Made by a program: the position numbers and the translations under genes | Assembly (NCBI GenBank): GCA_021740245.1 | Contig: JAIPAE010000002.1 | Span: 1 to 57,548, forward strand | Source: Bacteroidales bacterium | Lineage (GTDB): Bacteria; Bacteroidota; Bacteroidia; Bacteroidales; PWNQ01 | Direction of reading: 5' to 3' | DNA length: 57,548 nt | The notes under the pieces: model-generated | Database searches by the model: none | The model's input: only the letters and a program-made list of their open reading frames with translations | What the model was told of the DNA's origin: nothing | In this document: in pieces, positions 48,301 to 56,774 of the stretch | Layout of the letters: every line of letters starts with the position of its first letter | Numbering within the stretch: position 1 is the stretch's first letter

Positions 48301-48352
48301 TCCATGATCCGCCTGAGGCGGACACAAGAAGATGACCCGCCTTAGGCGGGCT
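48301..48352 (+). repeat. Two tandem head-hairpin modules of the repeat family upstream of catalase
   Basis: CCATGA-TCCGCCtgaGGCGGA-CACA, then GATGA-CCCGCCttaGGCGGG. The flanks and hairpin style match the heads of copies 1 and 2. Confidence 0.55.
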
Positions 48353-48419
48353 ATAGCATGGGGTTCCACCGTATAATAGGACGGAGTAAACAGAGTACCT
48401 TTAAAATCAATTTAGACAT

Positions 48420-49856
48420 ATGAAAAAGAAAAAACTCACCACAACAGGCGGAGCGCCACTTGTCAATAATCAGAACTCAATAACTGCGGGCAATCGAGGG
48501 CCTGTTTTAATGCAGGATTATCAATTGCTGGAGAAACTGGCGCATCAGAACCGTGAACGCATACCGGAACGCGTAGTCCATGCCAAAGGTTGGGGCGCTC
48601 AGGGGACATTTACCGTTACAGAAGACATCACAAAATATACGTGTGCTGATATTTTCAGTAAAGTAGGCAGGAAAACACCGATGCTGGCAAGGTTTTCGAC
48701 AGTTGCCGGAGAAGCCGGAGCGGCAGATGCTGAACGCGATGTGAGAGGATTCGCATTGAAATTTTATACCCAGGAAGGTAACTGGGATATGGTAGGCAAT
48801 AACACACCTGTCTTTTTTGTCCGTGACGGATATAAATTTCCTGATTTTATACACACTCAAAAGAGACATCCAAAAACAAACCTGCGTTCCAATACTGCGA
48901 AATGGGATTTTTGGTCTAAAACACCGGAAAGCTTACATCAGGTAACCATCCTGATGTCTGATCGCGGAATTCCTCTTACACCCATGCATATGAACGGATA
49001 TGGGTCGCATACATACAGCTTTTGGAATAAAGACGGTGAACGCTTTTGGGTGAAATTTCATTTTAAAACCCAGCAAGGTCATAAGCATTTTACAAACGAG
49101 GAAGCAAAAAAAGCTATTGGAGAATCCAGGGAAACTTATCAGGAAGCCTTATATGGAGCTATTGAAAAGGGAGACTTTCCGAAATGGAATTTTTACATCC
49201 AGGTGATGCCGGAAAAAGATGCAGAAAAAACACCGTTTAATCCTTTTGATCTGACTAAAGTATGGCCGCATGGCGATTATCCTCTTATCAAAGTAGGTGA
49301 ATTTGAACTAAATAAAAATCCGGACAACTATTTCCAGATGATAGAAAATGCTGCATTTTCCCCCTCTAATGTTGTGCCAGGGATTGGCTTTTCACCTGAT
49401 AAAATGCTTCAGGCCCGTATCTTTTCTTATGCTGATGCTCATCGTTACCGCTTAGGAACGCATTATGAGAGCTTACCACCAAATCGACCGGTTAGTGAAG
49501 TAGATCATTATCACAAAGATGGTAAGATGCGTTTCACGAATAATTTTAATGAAAATCCGGATGCTTATTATGAACCGAATTCCTTTGACGGACCAGTGGG
49601 GGACCCCTCAAAAGCTGAACCACCGCTTAGTATTGATGGAGACGCTGACCGTTATGGTAATGAAGATGATGATGACTTTACTCAAGCCGGAAATCTTTTC
49701 AGACTATTTGATGCCGGACAAAAACAACGCCTCTTTCAAACAATTGCAGATGAAATGGAAGGAGTTCCAAAAGAAATTATTGAAAAACAACTGGCGCTGT
49801 TTGATAAAGCCGATCCGGAATATGGCGCTGGTGTTAGGAAAGCTCTTGGTATGTAA
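48420..49856 (+). CDS. Monofunctional heme catalase (small-subunit, clade 3-like)
   Basis: 478 aa. Motifs [32 protein letters not shown] and RLFSYxDxxRYRLG-like ([14 protein letters not shown]). Confidence 0.9.
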   Translation: MKKKKLTTTGGAPLVNNQNSITAGNRGPVLMQDYQLLEKLAHQNRERIPERVVHAKGWGAQGTFTVTEDITKYTCADIFSKVGRKTPMLARFSTVAGEAGAADAERDVRGFALKFYTQEGNWDMVGNNTPVFFVRDGYKFPDFIHTQKRHPKTNLRSNTAKWDFWSKTPESLHQVTILMSDRGIPLTPMHMNGYGSHTYSFWNKDGERFWVKFHFKTQQGHKHFTNEEAKKAIGESRETYQEALYGAIEKGDFPKWNFYIQVMPEKDAEKTPFNPFDLTKVWPHGDYPLIKVGEFELNKNPDNYFQMIENAAFSPSNVVPGIGFSPDKMLQARIFSYADAHRYRLGTHYESLPPNRPVSEVDHYHKDGKMRFTNNFNENPDAYYEPNSFDGPVGDPSKAEPPLSIDGDADRYGNEDDDDFTQAGNLFRLFDAGQKQRLFQTIADEMEGVPKEIIEKQLALFDKADPEYGAGVRKALGM

Positions 49857-49882
49857 TGGACACAGATATTTATTCAGGAATA

Positions 49883-49911
49883 TTCTGCCCCGGTTATAGG
49901 CCGGGGCAGAA
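49883..49911. terminator. 11-bp-stem hairpin between convergent catalase and ATP-grasp genes
   Basis: TTCTGCCCCGG-ttatagg-CCGGGGCAGAA. Confidence 0.6.
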
Positions 49912-49977
49912 CTATGTTATATCTCAATAAAATGTTGGCTGTTTCTTATAAAGTAGCGACCACTTTTTACAGATAGT

Positions 49978-51273
49978 TTAATAAAGCTGAACAGGATTAT
50001 CATACTCGATATCGAAAGTTAATCCTTCTACACATTGATTATACCTCTCTACCAGTTCTTTCTGGTCTCTTCCTCCGATATAAATATTGGCCAGCTCATA
50101 GCTGTAGCTATCCTGTCCCTGCAATTCATTCAGATTAGTATTTTCATTAACCCTGATTTTAACTTCAAGTGAAGGAATGAATTTTTTTAATATCCGGATT
50201 TCAGCATCCGTAGGTACTTTTTTGATGATCCCTGGTTCGAATGTACGAAGCATAAAGTTAGCGGCCTTGTTGAACTCACCATTGTTTCCCAGTGTTTTAG
50301 GCTTTTGGCCCAAAGCCAGGTTCAACATAATTGAATGATGGGAAATACCGTGTATCTTTTCGAAAATATCCGTATGTGCCTGGGAAATTCTTGGATTTAT
50401 TTCCAGCAGGTATACTTCATCGGCAGTATGATTATAGAAATATTCGATATTAAATGGTGAATGATCCAGACCGATTTGTTGAATTACCCGGCGAGTAACA
50501 TCAGCCATCCGAAATTGGATTTCCTGGGGCAGGGAAGAAGGATACTCATAACGCGAGAAGGATGAACGGTCGCCTTCTCGAATGGAATCTACAATTCCGT
50601 ATACCACAACATTACCATTGCTTACATAACCTTCCACAGTGCATTGATGTCCTGTAATGGAACTTTCAGCAATACAGCGTTCTTCCATATTCGTAAACTC
50701 ATCCGGCATATTGTATTTTTTCATGAGATAATTGAAAGGTTCGGACATAAAGTCAATATGTTTTTTGACTTCTTCCATGTTCTGATAAAATTGTGCTTCA
50801 CCATTGATCTGGTATGCCAGAAACGACCGGAATGACTTAATGGGTTTTACCCAGAAAGGAGTAATCATGCTCAATTTTTCGTATGCTTTGTTGTCAAAAG
50901 GGTCGAAGGCTTTAAACTGAGGAATATGCTCAGCAATAACTTTATTTTGTTCCAGCCGGCTCCAGTATTTATTTTCGCATTTGGCCATGCTTTCCAGCGT
51001 TGGTCCGGGAAGGCCGTATTTTTTAGCAATAACAGGTACCAACATCGTACCGGGAAAGTCAAAATAGGTAGCTATCGCATCAATTTTACCGTGTGCATCA
51101 ATGCGTTCAAAACATAAGTTGATGAGTTTTTCCATATCAAATTGATCCACATTCCGCATCTCCGAAATGTGAAGGGCTGCATGGAAATCACAATCTACAG
51201 CCTCCGGCAGATTGTTTAGTTTTTTCAGGTTGAAGTCATCCAACCCCACAATAAATACTTGTTTCTTTTTCAT
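49978..51273 (-). CDS. ATP-grasp domain protein (amino-acid or carboxylate ligase-like)
   Basis: 431 aa. ATP-grasp C-terminal motif LLEINPRISQ. The layout resembles D-Ala-D-Ala-ligase-like enzymes. Confidence 0.65.
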   Translation of the reverse strand: MKKKQVFIVGLDDFNLKKLNNLPEAVDCDFHAALHISEMRNVDQFDMEKLINLCFERIDAHGKIDAIATYFDFPGTMLVPVIAKKYGLPGPTLESMAKCENKYWSRLEQNKVIAEHIPQFKAFDPFDNKAYEKLSMITPFWVKPIKSFRSFLAYQINGEAQFYQNMEEVKKHIDFMSEPFNYLMKKYNMPDEFTNMEERCIAESSITGHQCTVEGYVSNGNVVVYGIVDSIREGDRSSFSRYEYPSSLPQEIQFRMADVTRRVIQQIGLDHSPFNIEYFYNHTADEVYLLEINPRISQAHTDIFEKIHGISHHSIMLNLALGQKPKTLGNNGEFNKAANFMLRTFEPGIIKKVPTDAEIRILKKFIPSLEVKIRVNENTNLNELQGQDSYSYELANIYIGGRDQKELVERYNQCVEGLTFDIEYDNPVQLY

Positions 51274-51299
51274 TTTTGATTAATGATATTAGTGCTTGT

Positions 51300-53288
51300 T
51301 TATAATAAGTCTCTTTTGATCTTTTCATCCCATGATTTGCTGAATACTCTGGTGTCGCCATGATAAGCATCCAACGTAGCCCTGATAATGAAATGAGTTT
51401 TTGTTGAAGTTAACACCGTGCGCGTGATTGTTGTTGCAGACCAGTCCTTTCTTTCAAATGTTCGTTCACTCACAACTTCCCCTCTCACCGTGTCATAATT
51501 GTTATTCAAATATGAATAGCGTTCTTTCACTTTTTTCTGCACGGTCCAGTCAATATCATCTAGCTTGTATTTGGTATCATTATTAACGACATTTAGGCTG
51601 ACTTCATTGGTAGCCATATTATGGATTACTTCCCAGTCTCGTTTGGCAGGGATCAGTAGCGTTGATTTTAGCGGGCTTTCCGGATGATGGCCGTTAAGTT
51701 GGCGCAGTTCTTTGTCCGATTTTTTCGGTTTTCTGACCGGAATCAGGAATCTGGAATTTCTAAGAGAAACTTTTAGATGCACAGGTTCGGGAGAAGGCCA
51801 TACCAGTGGCCAGTAGGAGGTGGATAAGGCCAGTCGTATTTGATGTCCTTTTGGAAACCGCTGTGCAATATGATTCATAGTCAGTTTAACCGTATAATTT
51901 TTTCCGGGCTCCAGTTCGGTGGGTTGTTCATGGCTATCGCGGTGAGTGAGGTTAAGAACGCCGTAAGTTACGCGGGTTGCTCTTCCGTTTGGCGCTATAT
52001 CCGAGAGCCTGGCTGCTATCATAGCAACGGGTTTGTCGCTGCTGATAGTAAGCTCAAGCACAGGTGCACCAAGGATTTCAATATCTTTCTCCAATGGTCG
52101 GGTGTCAAAGACCAGGGCTCCGCCATCTTCGTCACGCTGATCGCTGGGCAGGTCTGTAGATGCCGAATAAGAACACCATTTGCCGGCAAACAATCCTACA
52201 CTTAGCGGACTCTGGATATGCATCTCAGGGATGAAATCGATAATGTTATTGTCTTTGTCCAGCGTGGCCGGCTTCAAGTAAAATGTTTGCATGTTAATGT
52301 CAGGTGCCGGATATGTTTTTTCCGCGATCCATCTGCCCGGTCGGTTACTGGATATGGGTGATACCGTATCCTGCATCCAAACCCTCAAGCGGGGTTCTTT
52401 TTCGATCCCGTTATCGTCTCTTTTCAGCCAGCGGTCCCACCATCTGGTTGTTTCTTCCAGAAAATCAATTTTAGGGCCAGGACTGCCGTGATGTGGATAT
52501 TTGTGTCCCCAGGGACCAACAAGGCCTTTAACCGGAACGTTTAAGTGTTCCAGTAACCGGAAAATAGTGTTGCTATAACCATCGGCCCAGCCTCCCACAG
52601 CATATACCGGACACCGGATATTATCGTAATTCAGCTTTACCGAGGCATGCTTCCAGTAATCGTCAAAGCGTTGGTGTTCAAGCCACTTTTTAAGCCATAA
52701 CCCACTGCCTTCAAGGCGCTCATGCCATATGTCCATCCATTTTTCTCCGGCAATCGACGGATCGGGAGGGCAGGAATTATAAGCAAACATGGTGGATGCC
52801 CAGGAAAGGTTATCTGTCAACAGATTGCCACCCATGTAATGAACATCATCCGAATAACGGTCATCAGAAGAGGCACCCGTTCCAACTGCTTTTAATTCCG
52901 GTGGCTGCAATGCCGCCAGTTGAAGTCCGTTAAAACCACCCCAGGATATCCCGATGATCCCGACATTACCGTTACACCATGGTTGAGAGGCTATCCATCG
53001 CAGGACTTCCAGACCGTCATCAAGCTCCTGCTGCAAATACTCGTCCCGTAAAATTCCTTCCGATTCACCACTGCCGCGCAAATCAACACGCACGCCAGCA
53101 TAGCCTTCCGAAGCATAGTAACTATATGTTTCTGCATCTCTTACAGCTTTAAAATCACGTTTGCGGTATGGGATATATTCTAAAATTGCCGGAAAGGACT
53201 GCTCCTCAAAACCATCAGGCAACCATATTTTTGCCGACAAGCGAACACTATCCGGCATCGGAATCCACACATGTTCAATTACTTTCAT
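51300..53288 (-). CDS. CocE/NonD-family (S15, X-Pro dipeptidyl-peptidase-like) hydrolase
   Basis: 662 aa. Alpha/beta-hydrolase nucleophile elbow GISWGG and a C-terminal jelly-roll domain typical of CocE/NonD. Confidence 0.75.
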   Translation of the reverse strand: MKVIEHVWIPMPDSVRLSAKIWLPDGFEEQSFPAILEYIPYRKRDFKAVRDAETYSYYASEGYAGVRVDLRGSGESEGILRDEYLQQELDDGLEVLRWIASQPWCNGNVGIIGISWGGFNGLQLAALQPPELKAVGTGASSDDRYSDDVHYMGGNLLTDNLSWASTMFAYNSCPPDPSIAGEKWMDIWHERLEGSGLWLKKWLEHQRFDDYWKHASVKLNYDNIRCPVYAVGGWADGYSNTIFRLLEHLNVPVKGLVGPWGHKYPHHGSPGPKIDFLEETTRWWDRWLKRDDNGIEKEPRLRVWMQDTVSPISSNRPGRWIAEKTYPAPDINMQTFYLKPATLDKDNNIIDFIPEMHIQSPLSVGLFAGKWCSYSASTDLPSDQRDEDGGALVFDTRPLEKDIEILGAPVLELTISSDKPVAMIAARLSDIAPNGRATRVTYGVLNLTHRDSHEQPTELEPGKNYTVKLTMNHIAQRFPKGHQIRLALSTSYWPLVWPSPEPVHLKVSLRNSRFLIPVRKPKKSDKELRQLNGHHPESPLKSTLLIPAKRDWEVIHNMATNEVSLNVVNNDTKYKLDDIDWTVQKKVKERYSYLNNNYDTVRGEVVSERTFERKDWSATTITRTVLTSTKTHFIIRATLDAYHGDTRVFSKSWDEKIKRDLL

Positions 53289-53390
53289 TTCCTGTTGTTA
53301 TTGATTCTGTCATCATTTTCAAAAATAAAATTAAATCATTTTTCAATTAGAAACGAATTTTTAGAAAAAAGATTATTGATTATTGTATTA

Positions 53391-53761
53391 CATTGTTGTC
53401 CGGTTAACTTATATGAACCCATACTAATGATTTGTACAATTCTTCGAGTGCCTCAGTGAAAAACTTAGTGGTTATTAAACAAAGGGTTGCAACCCCTTGT
53501 TTGAAGTACAAAGTCGCCTTTAGATTTCTACCGCAAAGAACCGCTAAGGAGCAAAGAACCGCAAAGGAATTCCTGAAGTGTCATTTATGTAATGAATAGT
53601 AAATTCCAGGATACTACAAAGCTCTGTAAAGTGGCATTATGGCAGAAAATAATAAATCACAAAAACATAGATCCATAAAAGTAAACGCATTTCAAAAGAA
53701 TGAAATACAATGCTAAATATCTTTTTATTTATTTTTAACCGGACAATAGCGATTGTATTAT
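53391..53761. mobile_element. MITE-like non-autonomous element with terminal inverted repeats and a 9-bp target-site duplication
   Basis: The direct repeat ATTGTATTA at 53382-53390 and 53762-53770 flanks a 371-bp segment. Its ends are inverted: cattgTTGTCCGGTTAA (53391-53407) and TTAACCGGACAAtagcg (53745-53761), with a 12-bp perfect core. It has no ORF. Internally it contains a GGTTGCAACC-centred hairpin and GCAAAGAACCGC x2. Confidence 0.5.
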
Positions 53762-54018
53762 TTTGATAGGATTAAGAAAAACTGTTTTTAAGTGATTGGA
53801 ATTTGCGCTGTAGTAAATCCGTAGTGATGAAAATCAAATTGCATGTACCTGTAAGCCGGACAAAAAAGAGAACAAATTATAAATGTCAGAAATAAAATAC
53901 GTTACATTCAATCTTAGGTTAGTTTACTAAAAAAATAGGGCCGGGAGTTTTATTTTCCGTTTGTTTTACTATTTTTGCATCCGCATTTGAAACCCTAATT
54001 AGGTGCACATTGAACATA

Positions 54019-54092
<74 letters not shown>

Positions 54093-54106
54093 ACAATTAT
54101 AAAATC

Positions 54107-54137
54107 GGGCCGTTAACAGTTGTTGGCGGCCTTTTTT
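54107..54137 (+). terminator. Rho-independent terminator after the tRNA
   Basis: GGCCG..CGGCC stem followed by TTTTTT. Confidence 0.6.
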
Positions 54138-54245
54138 AATGTGTGAAATTCAGCGCCGGATCCAGGGAGGCAGTGTCACCGGGACAAGTGTGAATGATCC
54201 CTAATTATTGTAGCCTGTTTTTATTTCTTGTCCGTCAGCCATTTG

Positions 54246-55070
54246 TCATTTAATTATAAAAATGTCGAAACCGTAACCGTGGTGCAAAAGCGGTTCTTCA
54301 TAGGTCGATTTTTTAATGTCCGTGAATGTCAAATTAGGTTTATGCTCTTTAGTAAATATAATTTCTCCATCTTCTGTCTTACCTGCTTTTTTCGGATCGC
54401 TTGTTATCCAACCCATTGAAATTTCGTGTCCTGTTGCCAGATGTGTTACAAGCAAGGTGAGCGTTTTTGTCTTGTAAATTCTAACTGAATTAATATAAAG
54501 TCCTGTTATTGTCTCGGGGTGATAAGGACTTCTGCCGAAACCATAATAGGATGTGTCACGCATAATTACAGTTTGATATTTCTTGCCATCACAAACAATA
54601 AAGTCCTTATTTGAAACCGTGTCGGACTGAACTTTTACGATGTTGCATTTTTGCTGAAAATCGCAGAAAGAAATATAGTCAGGTCTGAAATATTCTATAT
54701 CAGGAAATTCTTTTGCGATTTTTTTAAGTCCGTTCTGATATGCTCTATCTAAAGTGTCGGAGTACTTTTTGCCGATTGAATATGTCGTGTCGAGCGGTGT
54801 CCATGAAATTAGTTTTTGGTTTTTGTCGTAGGTTGAAATGAAACTGTATAAAATCCACATTTCACTCCATTCGTCAGTTTTCTCAAGTCCGAGTTTTAAC
54901 CAACGATTGCCTTCAACTTGGGATGTTCTTCTGATTTGAACGTCAACAGTTCTGATTTTGTCCTGTGAAACCCCAACTGGAAATATTTTGAACTGATAAG
55001 TATTCAAACAAGCGAACGAAATAGTCGTCTGAATGGTCAGTATGATTAATATGCAAATTTGTTTCGTCAT
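54246..55070 (-). CDS. Hypothetical secreted protein
   Basis: 274-aa ORF with a signal-like N-terminus (MTKQICILIILTIQTTISFAC). No recognised motif. Confidence 0.5.
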   Translation of the reverse strand: MTKQICILIILTIQTTISFACLNTYQFKIFPVGVSQDKIRTVDVQIRRTSQVEGNRWLKLGLEKTDEWSEMWILYSFISTYDKNQKLISWTPLDTTYSIGKKYSDTLDRAYQNGLKKIAKEFPDIEYFRPDYISFCDFQQKCNIVKVQSDTVSNKDFIVCDGKKYQTVIMRDTSYYGFGRSPYHPETITGLYINSVRIYKTKTLTLLVTHLATGHEISMGWITSDPKKAGKTEDGEIIFTKEHKPNLTFTDIKKSTYEEPLLHHGYGFDIFIIK

Positions 55071-55223
55071 TGTTGTCTTTTAAAATGGGCTATAACGTGC
55101 GGCAGCTAAGAAACGTGGAGCCTTTCGAAGTGCTTTCTTGTCCGCCTGCGACAAAGGTAGCCACTAAGAGAGAAACTTGCGGAAACCGCTGTCTGCCAGA
55201 TGTTTTCTTAGGTGCTGTTGGGC

Positions 55224-56237
55224 TTAGTTTTTTATCAGATTCATTATCAATTTTTGTATTGTCTCTCTTTGTTCAGGCAGACTCTGAGCGACTGTTAAAG
55301 CTATAGTTACCAATGTATTGTCGTTAATTTTACTTTCTCCTTTATTGTTTAGGTGATGTTTGTTCTGTTCAAGAAACCAAACAAAAATAAATGACCCAAT
55401 GCGTTTATTCCCATCAATAAATGGGTGCCCCTTAATGATGGAATAGAGCAGTTGTGTCGCTTGTTCTTCGATTGTGGGATATGCTAACTAGCCAAAAACG
55501 GTTTGGGATACGCTTCCTAAAATCCCTTTAAATGATTCATCTCTTTCATTACCGAAAAGTTCACCGGCTTCTCCTTTTTTCATAAGGTCTGATTTAAACC
55601 TTTGAATCGCTTTTTTGACGTCATCATAATTAATGACATAGATTACATCCTTATTAAAATTTTCAGAAGAAAGATTATTTTTGTCATACTTTTCGAGTAA
55701 TTCAAAAGATTTTGAATAGTGTGAAATTATTGACAGAAATCCGTCAGTAAGTACTTTTTGAGTTTCATAGAGTTCTTCATTAAGAACAGATAGCTCTTTT
55801 TGTAAAGCTGAAACTCTATTTTGTTCTTTTTTTAGCAACTCTTTATTGACTGTATAACCCCTTAGAAGATATTCTTTGAGTCTTCGAGTTGCCCATTTTC
55901 TGAACTCAATACCTACTTGAGATTTAACACGATACCCAACAGAAATGATTACATCTAAATTATAAATGGAGACTTTTCTTGAGACCTCTCGTTCGCCTTC
56001 TTTTTGAACCTGGCGGAATTCCCGCCAAGTTGATTCTTTGTCAAGTTCACCTTCTTCATAAATATTCTTAATGTGCTCTCCAATTGTTCTTCTGGCTTTA
56101 CCGAATAACTCCATTATTTGTTGTTCGGTTGCCCACACTGTATCATGTTCACCGTCAAGAATTACCTGAAATTCAGTCTGACCACCTTTAGGTTTAAATA
56201 CAACAAATTCGCTAATTTTTATCTCAGGTAGATTCAT
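55224..56237 (-). pseudogene. RhuM-family / Fic-DOC fusion protein interrupted by one in-frame TAG (55488-55490)
   Basis: The track ORF 55488..56237 (RhuM-like N-terminal part, ..VISVGYRVKSQVGIEFRKWATRRLKEYL..) stops at TAG. The same frame then continues for 87 codons: LAYPTIEEQATQLLYSIIKGHPFIDGNKRIGSFIFVWFLEQN... This carries the Fic/Doc core motif HPFxDGNKR and ends at TAA 55226-55224. Confidence 0.75.
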
Positions 56238-56349
56238 ACTTATAATGTAGGTTCTTTCAAATTAAGCCCAAAACGAATTAGTGTTTTCTCAACGTCCTTC
56301 ATTCACAAATTTATGTAAAAATTCCGAATATTAATTTTTTAAGCGTAAA

Positions 56350-56707
56350 AGTTATTTAAATTGATGAAGAATGGTTGAGAGAACATTTTGGAAGCCTGGA
56401 ATAAGGGTATGGTGCATTTGGGTTTTAGCAAAAAAGTGGGAGAGAGGGGCAAAAACTTTAGGAAAGCCGGTAACTATGCTGGCTGGATGGGGACTGGCAC
56501 AAATTTCTCTGGTTTATTGAGCCAGTTTAACGCTCTATAAAAAGCTGAATAATTAGGGGGCTAGTTCAATCAGATCAATAATTTGTTTTTAAGTTTTTCG
56601 CATACTGTGTATTTAAACTCTTTTCCAAATTCTTTGGTAAAACGATATATTTCGAGCAACAAATCGTAACTTGCTTTGTAAACCAGTAATTCACTGCTAT
56701 ACGCCAT
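56350..56707 (-). pseudogene. Decayed four-helix-bundle protein gene (23S-rRNA-IVS / Avd-like family)
   Basis: ATG 56707 opens MAYSSELLVYKASYDLLLEIYRFTKEFGKEFKYTVCEKLKNKLLI*, a family-like N-terminus. The remaining ~75 codons are readable only across a frameshift and several stops. Confidence 0.45.
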
Positions 56708-56713
56708 ATTTTT

Positions 56714-56741
56714 ACAAAAAATCGATCCCGCTTCGCGGGAT
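56714..56741 (-). terminator. Rho-independent terminator after the FISUMP gene
   Basis: On the minus strand: ATCCCGC-gaa-GCGGGAT followed by cgaTTTTTT. Confidence 0.6.
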
Positions 56742-56774
56742 AATTATTAAATTGTCAAATAGACAAATTGTCAA

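Noticed and set aside
53396-53756. Invertible promoter (inverton) bounded by the 12-bp inverted repeat TTGTCCGGTTAA
   Set aside because: A 12-bp IR within 400 bp is expected about once by chance in a window this size, and no site-specific recombinase is nearby. The symmetric 9-bp direct repeat outside the IRs fits a transposition footprint (MITE) better.
55070-55306. 78-aa + strand ORF
   Set aside because: It spans the GC-rich spacer and runs antisense to the Fic/DOC C-terminal region. It has no motif and no plausible start context.
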